From Candidatus Latescibacterota bacterium (GTDB lineage Bacteria > Latescibacterota > UBA2968 > UBA8231), in assembly GCA_965204725.1 (NCBI GenBank), contig OZ242005.1, positions 32,001 to 96,000 on the forward strand: DNA of 64,000 nt, in the 5' to 3' direction. Position numbers and translations under genes: made by a program. This document shows, piece by piece, positions 10,622-20,314 of the stretch. Below the pieces are notes generated by a model. The model was not told the origin of the DNA, made no database searches, and saw only the letters and a program-made list of their open reading frames with translations. How positions within the stretch are numbered: position 1 is the first letter of the stretch; the number at the start of each line of letters is the position of its first letter.

Positions 10622-11818
10622 ATGGACCCCATAAGCAACCCTTACGCGCCTGGAGCGGGTACGCCGCCGCCCGAGCTAGCCGGCCGCGATGCTATCCGCG
10701 AATCCGGCCGCATCGCATTAGAGCGGACCAAAATAGGGCGTCCGACCAAGGGTATGATGATGGTTGGCTTGCGCGGCGTTGGCAAAACCGTGCTATTGGA
10801 CCTCATGCGCGAACAAGCCGAGGCGAGCGGCATGTTCGCCTTGCGAATAGAAGCACCTGAACACCGTTCCCTTCCCTCTATTCTGGTGCCTCAACTGCGC
10901 GTGGCGTTGTTGAAACTCTCGAATAGGCAGGCGGCAAAGCAACTAGCACAAAGGGCACTTAGAGGACTCGCGGGATTTGTTGGCGCCTTAAAAGTGCAGT
11001 ATCAGGACATCGAGGTTGGGTTGGACTTCGCCCCCGAGCCCGGATTAGCAGACAACGGAGACTTGGAGATTGACTTGCCGGCCTTGTTTGAAGTCGTCGG
11101 GACCGCTGCCAAGGTAGATGCGACCGGGGTGGCCCTTTTCGTCGACGAACTTCAATATGTGAAAGAGAATGAGCTAGCGGCATTGATCACCGCATTGCAT
11201 CGGACAGCTCAGCGCAAACTTCCCGTAGTCATGTTTGGCGCCGGCTTACCCCAAGTACGCGGCCGCATGGGGAAAGCGAAATCTTATGCCGAACGACTTT
11301 TTGAGTTTCCCGAAATCGGACCGCTGTCTCCTCAAGATGCCCAGTGTGCAATTGCCAAGCCGGCAAAAAACGAAGGCGTAGAGATCGAACCCCGTGCGCT
11401 CGATGCCATCGTTACCCAAACCCAATGCTATCCCTACTTCCTCCAAGAATGGGGCAAGCATGTCTGGGACGTTGCCGAGCGTACTCCCATCACCGCTTCG
11501 AGTGTTGAAGTTGCGTCCCAACAGGCCATCGCGGCTCTAGATCAGAGTTTCTTCTCGGTCCGGTTTGATAGGCTTACGCCGGCCCAAAAAAAGTATGTGC
11601 GGGCGATGGCCCAGCTCGGTGCAGGGCCTCATCGTTCAGGTGATATTGCCTATACATTGAACCGCCCAGTAAGTGCTTTGGCCCCCACTCGCAACCAGCT
11701 AATCAACAAAGGCATGATTTGGAGTCCAAGTCATGGCGACACCGCGTTCACCGTCCCCATGTTCGACCAATTCATGCGGCGCATCCTACCCGGCGACGAG
11801 TGGCTATCGTCCGTCTAA
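10622..11818 (+). CDS. P-loop AAA/STAND-like ATP-binding protein with C-terminal winged helix
   Basis: NPYAPGAGTPPPELAGR; Walker A GLRGVGKT; Walker B LFVDELQ; YPYFLQ; C-terminal RSGDIA...LINKGMIW. Confidence 0.85.
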   Translation: MDPISNPYAPGAGTPPPELAGRDAIRESGRIALERTKIGRPTKGMMMVGLRGVGKTVLLDLMREQAEASGMFALRIEAPEHRSLPSILVPQLRVALLKLSNRQAAKQLAQRALRGLAGFVGALKVQYQDIEVGLDFAPEPGLADNGDLEIDLPALFEVVGTAAKVDATGVALFVDELQYVKENELAALITALHRTAQRKLPVVMFGAGLPQVRGRMGKAKSYAERLFEFPEIGPLSPQDAQCAIAKPAKNEGVEIEPRALDAIVTQTQCYPYFLQEWGKHVWDVAERTPITASSVEVASQQAIAALDQSFFSVRFDRLTPAQKKYVRAMAQLGAGPHRSGDIAYTLNRPVSALAPTRNQLINKGMIWSPSHGDTAFTVPMFDQFMRRILPGDEWLSSV

Positions 11819-11843
11819 CACCGAATGCACACCGCGCCGCGAC

Positions 11844-12755
11844 TCAGGCCCGGTACGGCTCGCCCGTGCGTCGCAGCTTCTTGGTCACCGCGATCTGACA
11901 GGTCGCGTACCCGCCCATGTAGCCGGTGGCAAAGCCCGGGCGCGCATCCCCAATGGTGCCGACGATCATGTTGGCGTATTCGTACGTGGTGTCGTAGCGG
12001 TCGCATATCAGGGCCACCATTTCCAGCCAAGCCGCTTTGAGCGCGTCGCCCCACTCGGCCGCGCGCGCGCTGGTGAGGTATTCCTCGGCGTCTTCCACAA
12101 CCCGAGTCGTCTCGACCACCGGGCTGCTGGTGGGAAACCCGGGCGAGCGATTGACCTTGAGCGTGATGGCCGAGTCGATCTCAACGCCGGCCCCGGTCAA
12201 CTCGCCGTCGCCCATGCGCGCATGGACATCGCCCAGCGAGAGCAGTCCCCCGGGCTTTTGTGCCCGGATGTGTACGGTGCTGCCGGGCTGGATGGCATTG
12301 AAATCCATGTTGCCGCCGTGATCGATGGCGTTGGGGGCCCACGATTCGAGCTGGACGACGCCGATCATGGGCCGCACCGGCACGACAAAATCCGGCGGAA
12401 AGTGAATCAGCCCATCGCGCACCGGGGCCACGCAGCGCCAATTGCCCCAGTTGGGGCCGCCGTTGCGATAGAAGCCGTAGGGGCCGACTTCGATAGCGAT
12501 GATCTCGATGGCCACCCAATCGTCCGGCTCAATGCCCTCGATGAGAAAGGGGCCGCCGGGGCGGGCGTAGCGGCGATAGCTCTCGCCAGAAGTAATCATG
12601 CCGGCGCGGGTCTCTCCGGCCGCTTCAAAGTCGTTGTCCGCTCCGCCAATGGTCTCGATGAGGACGGTTTCTCCTAAAGCCAACGTGCCGCGCACTTGGC
12701 CGATTTCCGGGTCGTCCGGTCCGCTGTAATGGGGAGTGCGAGTAAAGCGACGCAT
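11844..12755 (-). CDS. Acetamidase/formamidase family protein
   Basis: PVRPMIGVV, HGGNMD and LSLGDVHARMGDGELTG motifs; start MRRFTR with RBS AAGGAG. Confidence 0.85.
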   Translation of the reverse strand: MRRFTRTPHYSGPDDPEIGQVRGTLALGETVLIETIGGADNDFEAAGETRAGMITSGESYRRYARPGGPFLIEGIEPDDWVAIEIIAIEVGPYGFYRNGGPNWGNWRCVAPVRDGLIHFPPDFVVPVRPMIGVVQLESWAPNAIDHGGNMDFNAIQPGSTVHIRAQKPGGLLSLGDVHARMGDGELTGAGVEIDSAITLKVNRSPGFPTSSPVVETTRVVEDAEEYLTSARAAEWGDALKAAWLEMVALICDRYDTTYEYANMIVGTIGDARPGFATGYMGGYATCQIAVTKKLRRTGEPYRA

Positions 12756-12789
12756 AAGCGTTCTCCTTTGAAAATGGTAAGTGCAAAGC

Positions 12790-13584
12790 CTAGCGCCCCT
12801 CGGCAAACGGAAAGGTCCCGTTGTACCCGAGCGCGGCCATGGCCGGCAGGGGCGAGCTGACAAAGGGAATGCCCGGGAACATGGGCGTCTGCTGGTAGTG
12901 CAGCACCACGTTGCAACGGATGGGGGCGTCGGCCTCTTCCCGCAGCTTTGCGCCCTGATGCGGGATGTGGCTGAAGAACACCACCGCGTCGCCGGTCATG
13001 GGATGGAGGTGGATGTGCTCCTGTCGCTCGCACCACTGGTAAAAGGGGTTGTCGGAATTGTACCCGCCTAGGTGGCGGATTTCTTCCGGCAGGGCGTTGT
13101 GGCAGAAGTTGTTGATAAAGGTCAAACGCCCGGTCGCGGGCGCGTTGTCCGTCAGGTAAAACGTGGTGTTTATGCACAGGGGGCGCAGCGCGTGCCGCGC
13201 CTCGTCGGGCGCGTCCCAATAATAGCCAAAGTCCTTGTGCCATTCTTGGGTATAAGCCCCCGGATTGATGTGCGCCCGAAAGCTCCGCAACTGGCATTGC
13301 CGCCCGAGCATGGCCTGCAAATACGGCGCGACCGCGGGGTGGCCGACCATGGGCCGAGCCAGCTCGGGTTCCTGCTCCAGCAAGTGGTCAAAAGCCACAT
13401 TGCCCACTTCGTTGCTAATGTCCCATTCCCGCCGCTCGTACTTCCGCACCAAGCACTCCCGCCAAGCCAACACCTCGTCCTCGGGCAGCGCGTTGCGCAC
13501 CAATAGAAAGCCGTGCCGGTCGAGCGCGTCGAGCTGGTCGTCGAGCGCGGAGATTTGGGCCGTATCGGCGATGATCTCGCTCAT
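12790..13584 (-). CDS. PhyH family dioxygenase
   Basis: LDRHGFLLVRNAL, WHKD, GDAVVFFSHIPHQG. Confidence 0.8.
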   Translation of the reverse strand: MSEIIADTAQISALDDQLDALDRHGFLLVRNALPEDEVLAWRECLVRKYERREWDISNEVGNVAFDHLLEQEPELARPMVGHPAVAPYLQAMLGRQCQLRSFRAHINPGAYTQEWHKDFGYYWDAPDEARHALRPLCINTTFYLTDNAPATGRLTFINNFCHNALPEEIRHLGGYNSDNPFYQWCERQEHIHLHPMTGDAVVFFSHIPHQGAKLREEADAPIRCNVVLHYQQTPMFPGIPFVSSPLPAMAALGYNGTFPFAEGR

Positions 13585-13638
13585 GGAAAAGCTCCTTGTT
13601 TGTGTTTGGTCGTAGGGGTTGCCGTTTGTCGTTCTTTA

Positions 13639-13716
13639 GAAGCTGTCTGAAAATCCACCTTGGGTAGCCGTAGAGCCGGGATCCGTCATTCCCGCGAAAG
13701 CGGGAATCCAGCCGGG
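13639..13716. mobile_element. One-ended remnant of the IS5-like MITE (see 30749-30883) with a REP-like hairpin
   Basis: GAAGCTGTCTGAAAAT end followed by GCCGTAGAG..TCCGTCATTCCCGCGAAAGCGGGAATCCAGCCGGG, colinear with the full copy. Confidence 0.65.
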
Positions 13717-14417
13717 CGCGCAAAATACTGCTCCCAGCGCTCGGTCGGCTCAAAGCCCAAGAGGCGTCGGGCCTTATCGACATTGTACTTACCGTGCCCC
13801 TCGTAGCTGAGCAAGTTGAACTCCTGAAAGCAGTCCGGCACTTGGGGAATTTCCAAGGCCAGCCGACAGGCGTGCTGCAAGTCCTCCCACACCACCGTAA
13901 AGGGCGGAAAATCCCCCACCGCTTGCGTCGGCCGTGGCCCCAAGCCATTGAACAAAAAGCTGATCGTCTGAATGCGGTATGCCCGCGCGTACGTCCGGCA
14001 AATCTCGCTCGCCAAGCCCTTCGTCAGACAGTAATAACCCGTGCCCAACACCGGCGGCACCTCCGCAAGATCAAAGTCGTGGTCGTACGCGCGGCGGACG
14101 AATTGCGGGCCGGTGTGGATCACCTTTTGAATCCCGTGCTCGGCCGCGGCCTGCATCACATTCAGGGCACCGCGCGTGTTGACGTGAAAGCTCTGCTCGG
14201 GATGATCGCGCACGACCGTGCAATTCACAATCGCATCCATGCCCGCGGCCGCGGCCCCCACCTGCTCCCGCGCCGACACATCGCAATGCACGATGGGCTT
14301 ACCATCCGGGTGCGGAGCGATGTCGGCCAGCGTCATATTGTATGTATCTTCGAGCCCGGGCAGTAGGTTGGGAGCGATCATCCCCGAAGCTCCTAACAGC
14401 AACACCTTTTTCTTCAC
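13686..14417 (-). CDS. NAD-dependent epimerase/dehydratase (uronate dehydrogenase-like extended SDR)
   Basis: GTG start overlaps the upstream stop; VLLLGASGMIA Rossmann motif; YCLTK (YxxxK). Confidence 0.8.
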   Translation of the reverse strand: MKKKVLLLGASGMIAPNLLPGLEDTYNMTLADIAPHPDGKPIVHCDVSAREQVGAAAAGMDAIVNCTVVRDHPEQSFHVNTRGALNVMQAAAEHGIQKVIHTGPQFVRRAYDHDFDLAEVPPVLGTGYYCLTKGLASEICRTYARAYRIQTISFLFNGLGPRPTQAVGDFPPFTVVWEDLQHACRLALEIPQVPDCFQEFNLLSYEGHGKYNVDKARRLLGFEPTERWEQYFARPAGFPLSRE

Positions 14418-15142
14418 GACGCGCCTCCGCAGAACGTACGCTGTGGCCGATAGCCCATAGACTGGGCGCGGTCGAGCAAAAACTTGGGGTGGGCGATGGG
14501 CGCGGCAATGTGGTACACGGCCCAGCGCGGCACCCAATCCAAGGACGCGCTCGCATCCCGCGTCAACGCCGCACAAAACGCCTGCGCTGCGTCCCGAATA
14601 TCGACCCACATCAAATCGCGTTCTCGCCCAGCAACCTCCTCCTCCCAAACCAACTTGCCAAGGCGCAACGCCGTGACCGTAATGGGATAATCGCGCACAA
14701 ATTCGCGGCACGTAATTTCGCCCAAATACCGCGCCAACACCTCCAGCTCGGGGCCGGGCAGCGGCTTGTAATGCTCGGTGACGTACGCGGTGTCGGGATA
14801 CGCGCCAAACACTTCGAGGGTGCTGCCGTACACAAACCGCTTGACGCCGGCCTCCACGGCCGCCTGAAACAACACGTGCGTACCCCGCGTCGCTCGGTCG
14901 AGCAGGTCCTCTGCGCTCTCGGGCGCGGGCGGCGGCTCACCCGTGTGAACGACCGCATCTATCTGGCGCACCGCCTGCCATGCCGCGGCTGAATCCGTCA
15001 GCCGGGCGGCGATCCACTCGACGTCTTGTCGCGGCGTCGCGCAGTCGTCCATAAGACGCAACTGCGCCGTTCCATCCGCAGCCAGCGCGGTGGCTACCGC
15101 TTGGCCCAATGCACTAGCCGCGCCCGTGATCAATATCCGCAC
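14414..15142 (-). CDS. NAD-dependent epimerase/dehydratase family protein
   Basis: ILITGAASALG, GVKRFVYGST; the catalytic YxxxK is not evident. Confidence 0.75.
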   Translation of the reverse strand: MRILITGAASALGQAVATALAADGTAQLRLMDDCATPRQDVEWIAARLTDSAAAWQAVRQIDAVVHTGEPPPAPESAEDLLDRATRGTHVLFQAAVEAGVKRFVYGSTLEVFGAYPDTAYVTEHYKPLPGPELEVLARYLGEITCREFVRDYPITVTALRLGKLVWEEEVAGRERDLMWVDIRDAAQAFCAALTRDASASLDWVPRWAVYHIAAPIAHPKFLLDRAQSMGYRPQRTFCGGAS

Positions 15143-15146
15143 CTTC

Positions 15147-16112
15147 TCAATCTCCTCGTCCCGCTCTTCTCCGCCCGGCTAGGCGGCGGATCAACTCGTC
15201 GGCGATGACCCCTGCCAAAATCACCGCCCCGATAATGGCAAACTCGAGTTGGGTGGGGATGCCGGAGACGTTGATGGCATTGTAGAGCAACCGCATGACG
15301 GCCGCGCCAATGACGACCCCCAAAATCGAGCCCTCGCCGCCGCGCAGGGAGCAGCCCCCCAACACGGCCGCGGCAATCGCATACAGCTCATAGAAGTTGC
15401 CGTGTGCGGCCGGTTGCACCGAGTTGACGTCGAGGGCGAAGAGGATGCCCCCCAAGCCAGCCGTGCCCGAGCACAAGACATAGGCCAGAATTTTCATCCG
15501 CTCAATTTGGATCCCGCTATACCGCGCCGCAGTCTCGTTGCGGCCCAGCGCCAACAGGTAGCGGCCCCATATCGTGCGGTTGAGGAAGAGGGCGGCGAGC
15601 ACTCCGGCAAGCACCAAAAGGAAAAACGGAATCGGCAGCGCAAAGCCGCCCAGTGAGACCTTGCCAATCGCCAGTTGGCGCAGCCCCTCGTAGGACGATC
15701 CAAAACCTTGGACTTGGTCGTGGGTGAGCCAGCGGGCAAAGCCGCGGTAGAACAGCAAGCCACACAGCGTGACCACAAACGGCTGCAACCCCAAGCGCGT
15801 GATCAGCAAGCCGTGCAGCAAGCCAATGGCCAGCGACAAAACCACGACGGCCAACAGCGCCACAGCCGGCGCGTACCCAGCGGCCAAGAGCATGGGCAAC
15901 AGACACCCCACCAAGCCGATCAACGAGCCGATTGACAAGTCGATACCGCCGGTGATGATGACAAAGGCCACGCCAATAGAAATGACGCCAAAGAGCGAGG
16001 TCCAGCGGATGATATTTTGCAAGTTATACGCGCTGGCAAACTTAGGTTCGACGATCCAAGTGACCACAAAAATCGCCAACAACAAGCCGAGAATACCCAG
16101 TATCTTCTTCAT
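15147..16112 (-). CDS. Monosaccharide ABC transporter permease (RbsC-like)
   Basis: ITGGIDLSIGS, YELYAIAAAVLGGCSLRGGEGS. Confidence 0.92.
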   Translation of the reverse strand: MKKILGILGLLLAIFVVTWIVEPKFASAYNLQNIIRWTSLFGVISIGVAFVIITGGIDLSIGSLIGLVGCLLPMLLAAGYAPAVALLAVVVLSLAIGLLHGLLITRLGLQPFVVTLCGLLFYRGFARWLTHDQVQGFGSSYEGLRQLAIGKVSLGGFALPIPFFLLVLAGVLAALFLNRTIWGRYLLALGRNETAARYSGIQIERMKILAYVLCSGTAGLGGILFALDVNSVQPAAHGNFYELYAIAAAVLGGCSLRGGEGSILGVVIGAAVMRLLYNAINVSGIPTQLEFAIIGAVILAGVIADELIRRLAGRRRAGRGD

Positions 16113-16114
16113 CT

Positions 16115-17605
16115 TTACGCGGCCTTCCCGGTCGCCAAGTGCATAATCGCCTCCTCGCTGAGCGCGTCGCGCTGGAGTTGGCCGGTAATGCGGCCCTCGT
16201 GCAGGACCAAGACCTCATCGGCCATCCCCAGAATTTCCTCCAACTCACTCGACGCAAACAGCACGGCCACGCCGCTGGCGGCCAACTCTTCCATCAGGCG
16301 GTAGATCGCTTGTTTGGCTCCCACGTCAATGCCCCGGGTGGGTTCGTCGAGCAACAACACGCGGGGCGCGAGAGCCAGCCACTTGCCCAGCACCACCTTT
16401 TGCTGGTTGCCCCCGGATAGGTACTGGACGATTTGGCCCGGGCCGGGGGTGCGGATGGCGAGGCGCTCTATGATCTGGTCGGCGTCCGCGGCTTGGCGCA
16501 CCAAGTTGGCCCAACCGGCAAAGCTCCGGTAGTGCCCCAAGCCGGGCAAGCCGATGTTGTCGCGCAGAGCCATTTCGAGGATGAGGCCCTGTTGCTTGCG
16601 GTCTTCGGGCACGAGCGCCAAACCCGCACGAATGGCGTCGGCGGGCGAGCGGATCACGTGCGGAGCGCCGTCAATGAGGACGCGCCCTGCGAGCGCGGGA
16701 ACCAAACCGAAGAGCACCTGCAATAGCTCGGTGCGCCCCGCGCCGACGAGACCGGCGAGGCCGATGAGCTGACCGCGCCGAACCGCAAAGTTGAGCCGGT
16801 GCTCGGGCCAATCCGGGAGGACCAAGTCCTCGGCTTGGAGGGCGATGTCGCCGGCCGGATGGGCTTGGTGCGCGTAGTACTGGGCGATGTCGCGGCCAAC
16901 CATCTTCGTCACCATGGCGTCGTGGCTGATTTCCGCACGGGCTAACTCGCCGGCGTTTTGCCCGTCGCAGAGGACCAAGACGCGATCCGCTAAGGCTTTG
17001 ACCTCGCCGAGGCGGTGGGAGATATAGACGATGGCCACGCCGCGCCCGCGCAGTTGGCCGATGACCGCGAACAGGGCCTCGGCCTCTTGGCTGGTGAGGC
17101 TGGAGGTCGGCTCGTCCATGATCAGCACCCGCGCCTCGGTCGAAAGCGCCTTGGCGATCTCAACGAGTTGCTGGTGGCCAATGGGCAAGTCGCCCATCAG
17201 GGCCAACGGCGACACTTCGAGCCCGAGTTGCGCGAGGGCTTGGACCGCCCCTCGGTGGATGGCGGCGCGGTCGATCAGCCCCCAGCGCTGAGGCTCGCGA
17301 CCGAGGTAAAGATTGGCAGCGACCGAGAGGTTGGCGCAAAAGTTGAGTTCTTGGTGGATCAGGGCGATGCCGAGCGCAGCGGCGCGCCGCGGTGAGTCGA
17401 TGATCACGGGCTGGTCGTCGCGCAAAATCTGGCCGCTGTCTGGCGTCTCAATGCCGGCAAGGATTTTCATCAGGGTGGATTTGCCAGCCCCGTTTTCCCC
17501 GATGACGGCGAGGACTTCTCCGGCCTCCACCGCCATATCCACCGCGTCGAGTGCGCGGACCCCGGGGAAACGCTTGCTAATGCCGCGCGCAGCCAACAGC
17601 GCCAT
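16115..17605 (-). CDS. Monosaccharide ABC transporter ATP-binding protein (RbsA-like, two NBDs)
   Basis: GENGAGKST, MDEPT, LSGGNQQKVVLGKW, LDEPTRGIDVGAK. Confidence 0.93.
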   Translation of the reverse strand: MALLAARGISKRFPGVRALDAVDMAVEAGEVLAVIGENGAGKSTLMKILAGIETPDSGQILRDDQPVIIDSPRRAAALGIALIHQELNFCANLSVAANLYLGREPQRWGLIDRAAIHRGAVQALAQLGLEVSPLALMGDLPIGHQQLVEIAKALSTEARVLIMDEPTSSLTSQEAEALFAVIGQLRGRGVAIVYISHRLGEVKALADRVLVLCDGQNAGELARAEISHDAMVTKMVGRDIAQYYAHQAHPAGDIALQAEDLVLPDWPEHRLNFAVRRGQLIGLAGLVGAGRTELLQVLFGLVPALAGRVLIDGAPHVIRSPADAIRAGLALVPEDRKQQGLILEMALRDNIGLPGLGHYRSFAGWANLVRQAADADQIIERLAIRTPGPGQIVQYLSGGNQQKVVLGKWLALAPRVLLLDEPTRGIDVGAKQAIYRLMEELAASGVAVLFASSELEEILGMADEVLVLHEGRITGQLQRDALSEEAIMHLATGKAA

Positions 17606-18597
17606 CAGCGAGCACCGGTCAGGGTTTTCAGTTCGTCCCAAAAGGCTTCGACATTGTCGCGGCGAATGGCCCGCGCCGGCACATCGAGCACCCCACCGTC
17701 GGGCAAGACCGAGCGGTCGCCGCGGGCCAAGGCGGCGAGAATTCGCACCGACTCGTACCCGTAGCGGTAGGGGTTTTGCACCACCGTGCCGTAGATGTGG
17801 CCATCGATGATGCCTTGCAGGGTGGGAGCTTCCTCGTCAAAGGCAATGATTTTGATCTGTCCGATCTTGCCGGCTTCTTTAATAGCTTCAAGGCACATCG
17901 GCGGATTGTACGCAAATAGGCCGACGACGCCGTGCAGGTCCGGGTATTTGGCCATGGCATCCTCGACTTGGGCCTTGGCTTTGGCGTAGTCGAACTGGTC
18001 GGTGCGGGTGTCGAGAATGGTGTATTGGTCGCCGGCGATCGGGCCGCTGTTGGGGTCGTGGCGCGTTGGGTCAAAGGAGCGGTCGAGCAGCTCGTCGATC
18101 AGACCTTGGCGGCGCTGGCGGGCGTTGAGCTGTTCGAGGCGGCCGACGAAGATCATGATATTGCCGCCGTTGGGCAGGGCCTCTTTGACCAGTGCTCCGC
18201 AAGCGCGGCCGGCCGAGTAGTTGTCAATGCCAATAAAGCAAAGGCGGTTGCTTTTGGGGGCGTCCGAGTCGTGGGTGAGCAGGTGGGTGTGGGCCGCAGC
18301 CTCGTTGAGCAGGTCGGTCTGATTGTCCGGGTCGATGGGGCTTATGGCCATGCCGTCGATGCCGCGGGCCAGCAGGGCTTGGACGATGCGCTTTTGGTCG
18401 GCGACCCCTTCGCCGGGCATTTGCACCTCAGCGTCGGCGGCAAATTCGGCGGCCGCGGCCTCCACGCCCTTGGTGGCAATGGTCCAAAACGGGCCAACGC
18501 CGTTGGTGACAAAGGCGAGTTGGGGCTTGGTCGCGGGTTGCGGCGCGTCGCTACAGGCGGCAACAAGCAAGGCGAGGAGCAAAAGGGGCGTTTTCAT
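17605..18597 (-). CDS. Monosaccharide ABC transporter substrate-binding lipoprotein
   Basis: Lipobox VAAC; GMAISPID, IGIDNYSAG, TVVQNPYRYGY (periplasmic binding protein type 1). Confidence 0.9.
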   Translation of the reverse strand: MKTPLLLLALLVAACSDAPQPATKPQLAFVTNGVGPFWTIATKGVEAAAAEFAADAEVQMPGEGVADQKRIVQALLARGIDGMAISPIDPDNQTDLLNEAAAHTHLLTHDSDAPKSNRLCFIGIDNYSAGRACGALVKEALPNGGNIMIFVGRLEQLNARQRRQGLIDELLDRSFDPTRHDPNSGPIAGDQYTILDTRTDQFDYAKAKAQVEDAMAKYPDLHGVVGLFAYNPPMCLEAIKEAGKIGQIKIIAFDEEAPTLQGIIDGHIYGTVVQNPYRYGYESVRILAALARGDRSVLPDGGVLDVPARAIRRDNVEAFWDELKTLTGAR

Positions 18598-18723
18598 AGA
18601 GGTCTCGCTCGGAGGTTTGAGGAAGGGACGCGGGCCAACGCTCGTGGTTGCCCCCGCGCAGGCGGAATGCCTATGTTACGTCCGGCAAAAAGCAAGCGCA
18701 AGCGCAACAATGGAGGAGGGGCC

Positions 18724-19821
18724 ATGCACAAGCCCAGCGCGATACTACTGGCGGTCGCCTTGGCCGCGACCGCAGGAGAGGCAAACGTGAGCAAAGACCG
18801 CTTTGGAACGACCGCGACGGGACAGCCCGTCGATCGCTATACCCTCACAAACGACCGCGGCACAATGGCGCGCGTCATTACCTACGGTGGGATCATCACC
18901 GAACTGCTCGTGCGCGACCGCGCCGGAACGCTGGGCGACGTAGTGCTAGGCTTCGACCGCTTGGACCAGTACGAGCGGGAAAATCCGTACTTCGGCTGCA
19001 TCACCGGGCGCGTCGCCAACCGCATTGCCGGCGGCACATTCTCTTTAGATGGCCAAGAGTACCAGCTCGCCGTCAACAACGGGCCGAATCACCTGCACGG
19101 CGGGCTCGTGGGCTTTGACAAGGTCGTCTGGGACGCCGAGGTCGTGAGCGATAATCGCGGGCCATCGGTGCGCTTGCATTACGTGAGCCAAGATGGCGAG
19201 GAAGGCTATCCGGGCACCGTGCTGGTGCGCGTGACGTACACCTTGACCCACGACGACGCCCTAGTCATTGCATACGAAGCGACTACGGACCAGCCCACGC
19301 CGATCAACCTGACCAACCACTCCTACTTCAACTTGGCCGGTAGCGGCTCCGCGCTCGGGCACATCCTCACGCTCCACGCTCGCTACTACACCGAGCCGGA
19401 CGCCAACCAAATCCCCACGGGGCGCGTTTTGCCGGTGGCTGGCACTCCCCTCGACTTTGGCAAACCGGCCGCTGTCGGGGGGCGTATCGACCAGCTCGGG
19501 CCGATCGGCGGCTACGATCACAACTACGTGCTCGACCATGGGGGCCGGACCGAGCCGGGGCTGGCCGCCGAGGTGTACGATCCGGCGAGCGGGCGAGTGA
19601 TGGAGCTGTACACCACCGAGCCGGGCGTCCAGCTTTACTCGGCCATCCACCTCGACAACGTGCTGGGCAAGGGCGGGACGATCTACAACCAGTCCCACGG
19701 CCTGTGCCTAGAGACCCAGCACTATCCCGACTCGATCAACCAACCGGGCTTTCCGTCGGTAGTGTTGCGCCCGGGCGAGACCTACCGGACGGTAACAATC
19801 CACAAGTTTTCGACGAGGTAA
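18724..19821 (+). CDS. galM: Aldose 1-epimerase (mutarotase) with N-terminal signal peptide
   Basis: GRVANRI, NHLHGG, NLTNHSYFNL, GYDHNY, LCLETQHYPDS; RBS GGAGGAGG. Confidence 0.93.
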   Translation: MHKPSAILLAVALAATAGEANVSKDRFGTTATGQPVDRYTLTNDRGTMARVITYGGIITELLVRDRAGTLGDVVLGFDRLDQYERENPYFGCITGRVANRIAGGTFSLDGQEYQLAVNNGPNHLHGGLVGFDKVVWDAEVVSDNRGPSVRLHYVSQDGEEGYPGTVLVRVTYTLTHDDALVIAYEATTDQPTPINLTNHSYFNLAGSGSALGHILTLHARYYTEPDANQIPTGRVLPVAGTPLDFGKPAAVGGRIDQLGPIGGYDHNYVLDHGGRTEPGLAAEVYDPASGRVMELYTTEPGVQLYSAIHLDNVLGKGGTIYNQSHGLCLETQHYPDSINQPGFPSVVLRPGETYRTVTIHKFSTR

Positions 19822-19902
19822 GAAGTCGCTTTTGGCCAGCGGCCGGTGAGTCTCTACATTTTAAGTTGAAAACGTATCCCAGACTCGGAAAGGGAACGCA
19901 TT

Positions 19903-20304
19903 ATGGAAACCCCGCTTCGGAAACTCGTTTTCGGGCGACCTCTGGAGAAGATGCGCCAAGCGCGACAACAAATGGAGGAGATTCGCCAAGAGGCTGTGCC
20001 AGCTCATGCTTCAAATAACGAGATTGATCCTATCCCTGATTCAGCTTATGAGGAGACGCTCGATTTGTTAGAAAAGGTGCCTCCCAATGTTCCACTGCCC
20101 GACATCATGTGGACTGAAGACGGAGGGATTGGATTGGAATGGCGGCCGGAGAACGGCATCGTTACGATGAGTTTATACGGTGATAACCACGTCATCTATG
20201 GTGCTTTTTTTGGAGACAAGCGCGAAGTTGAAGGAATTTGCACCTTATCAGACACCGCGTTATTGCAAGGCTTTCTTACAACATTGAGAAATTTTTATCA
20301 ATAA
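19903..20304 (+). CDS. Hypothetical protein, possible antitoxin
   Basis: 133-aa ORF in more AT-rich DNA; PLPDIMWTEDGGIGLEW motif; function inferred only from its neighbour. Confidence 0.6.
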   Translation: METPLRKLVFGRPLEKMRQARQQMEEIRQEAVPAHASNNEIDPIPDSAYEETLDLLEKVPPNVPLPDIMWTEDGGIGLEWRPENGIVTMSLYGDNHVIYGAFFGDKREVEGICTLSDTALLQGFLTTLRNFYQ

Positions 20305-20314
20305 AAAGGCTCGA

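Noticed and set aside
17932-18723. Long N-terminal extension of galM (629-aa ORF), and similar extensions of PhyH, acetamidase and PPIase
   Set aside because: The extensions overlap neighbouring real genes; downstream starts fit family length.
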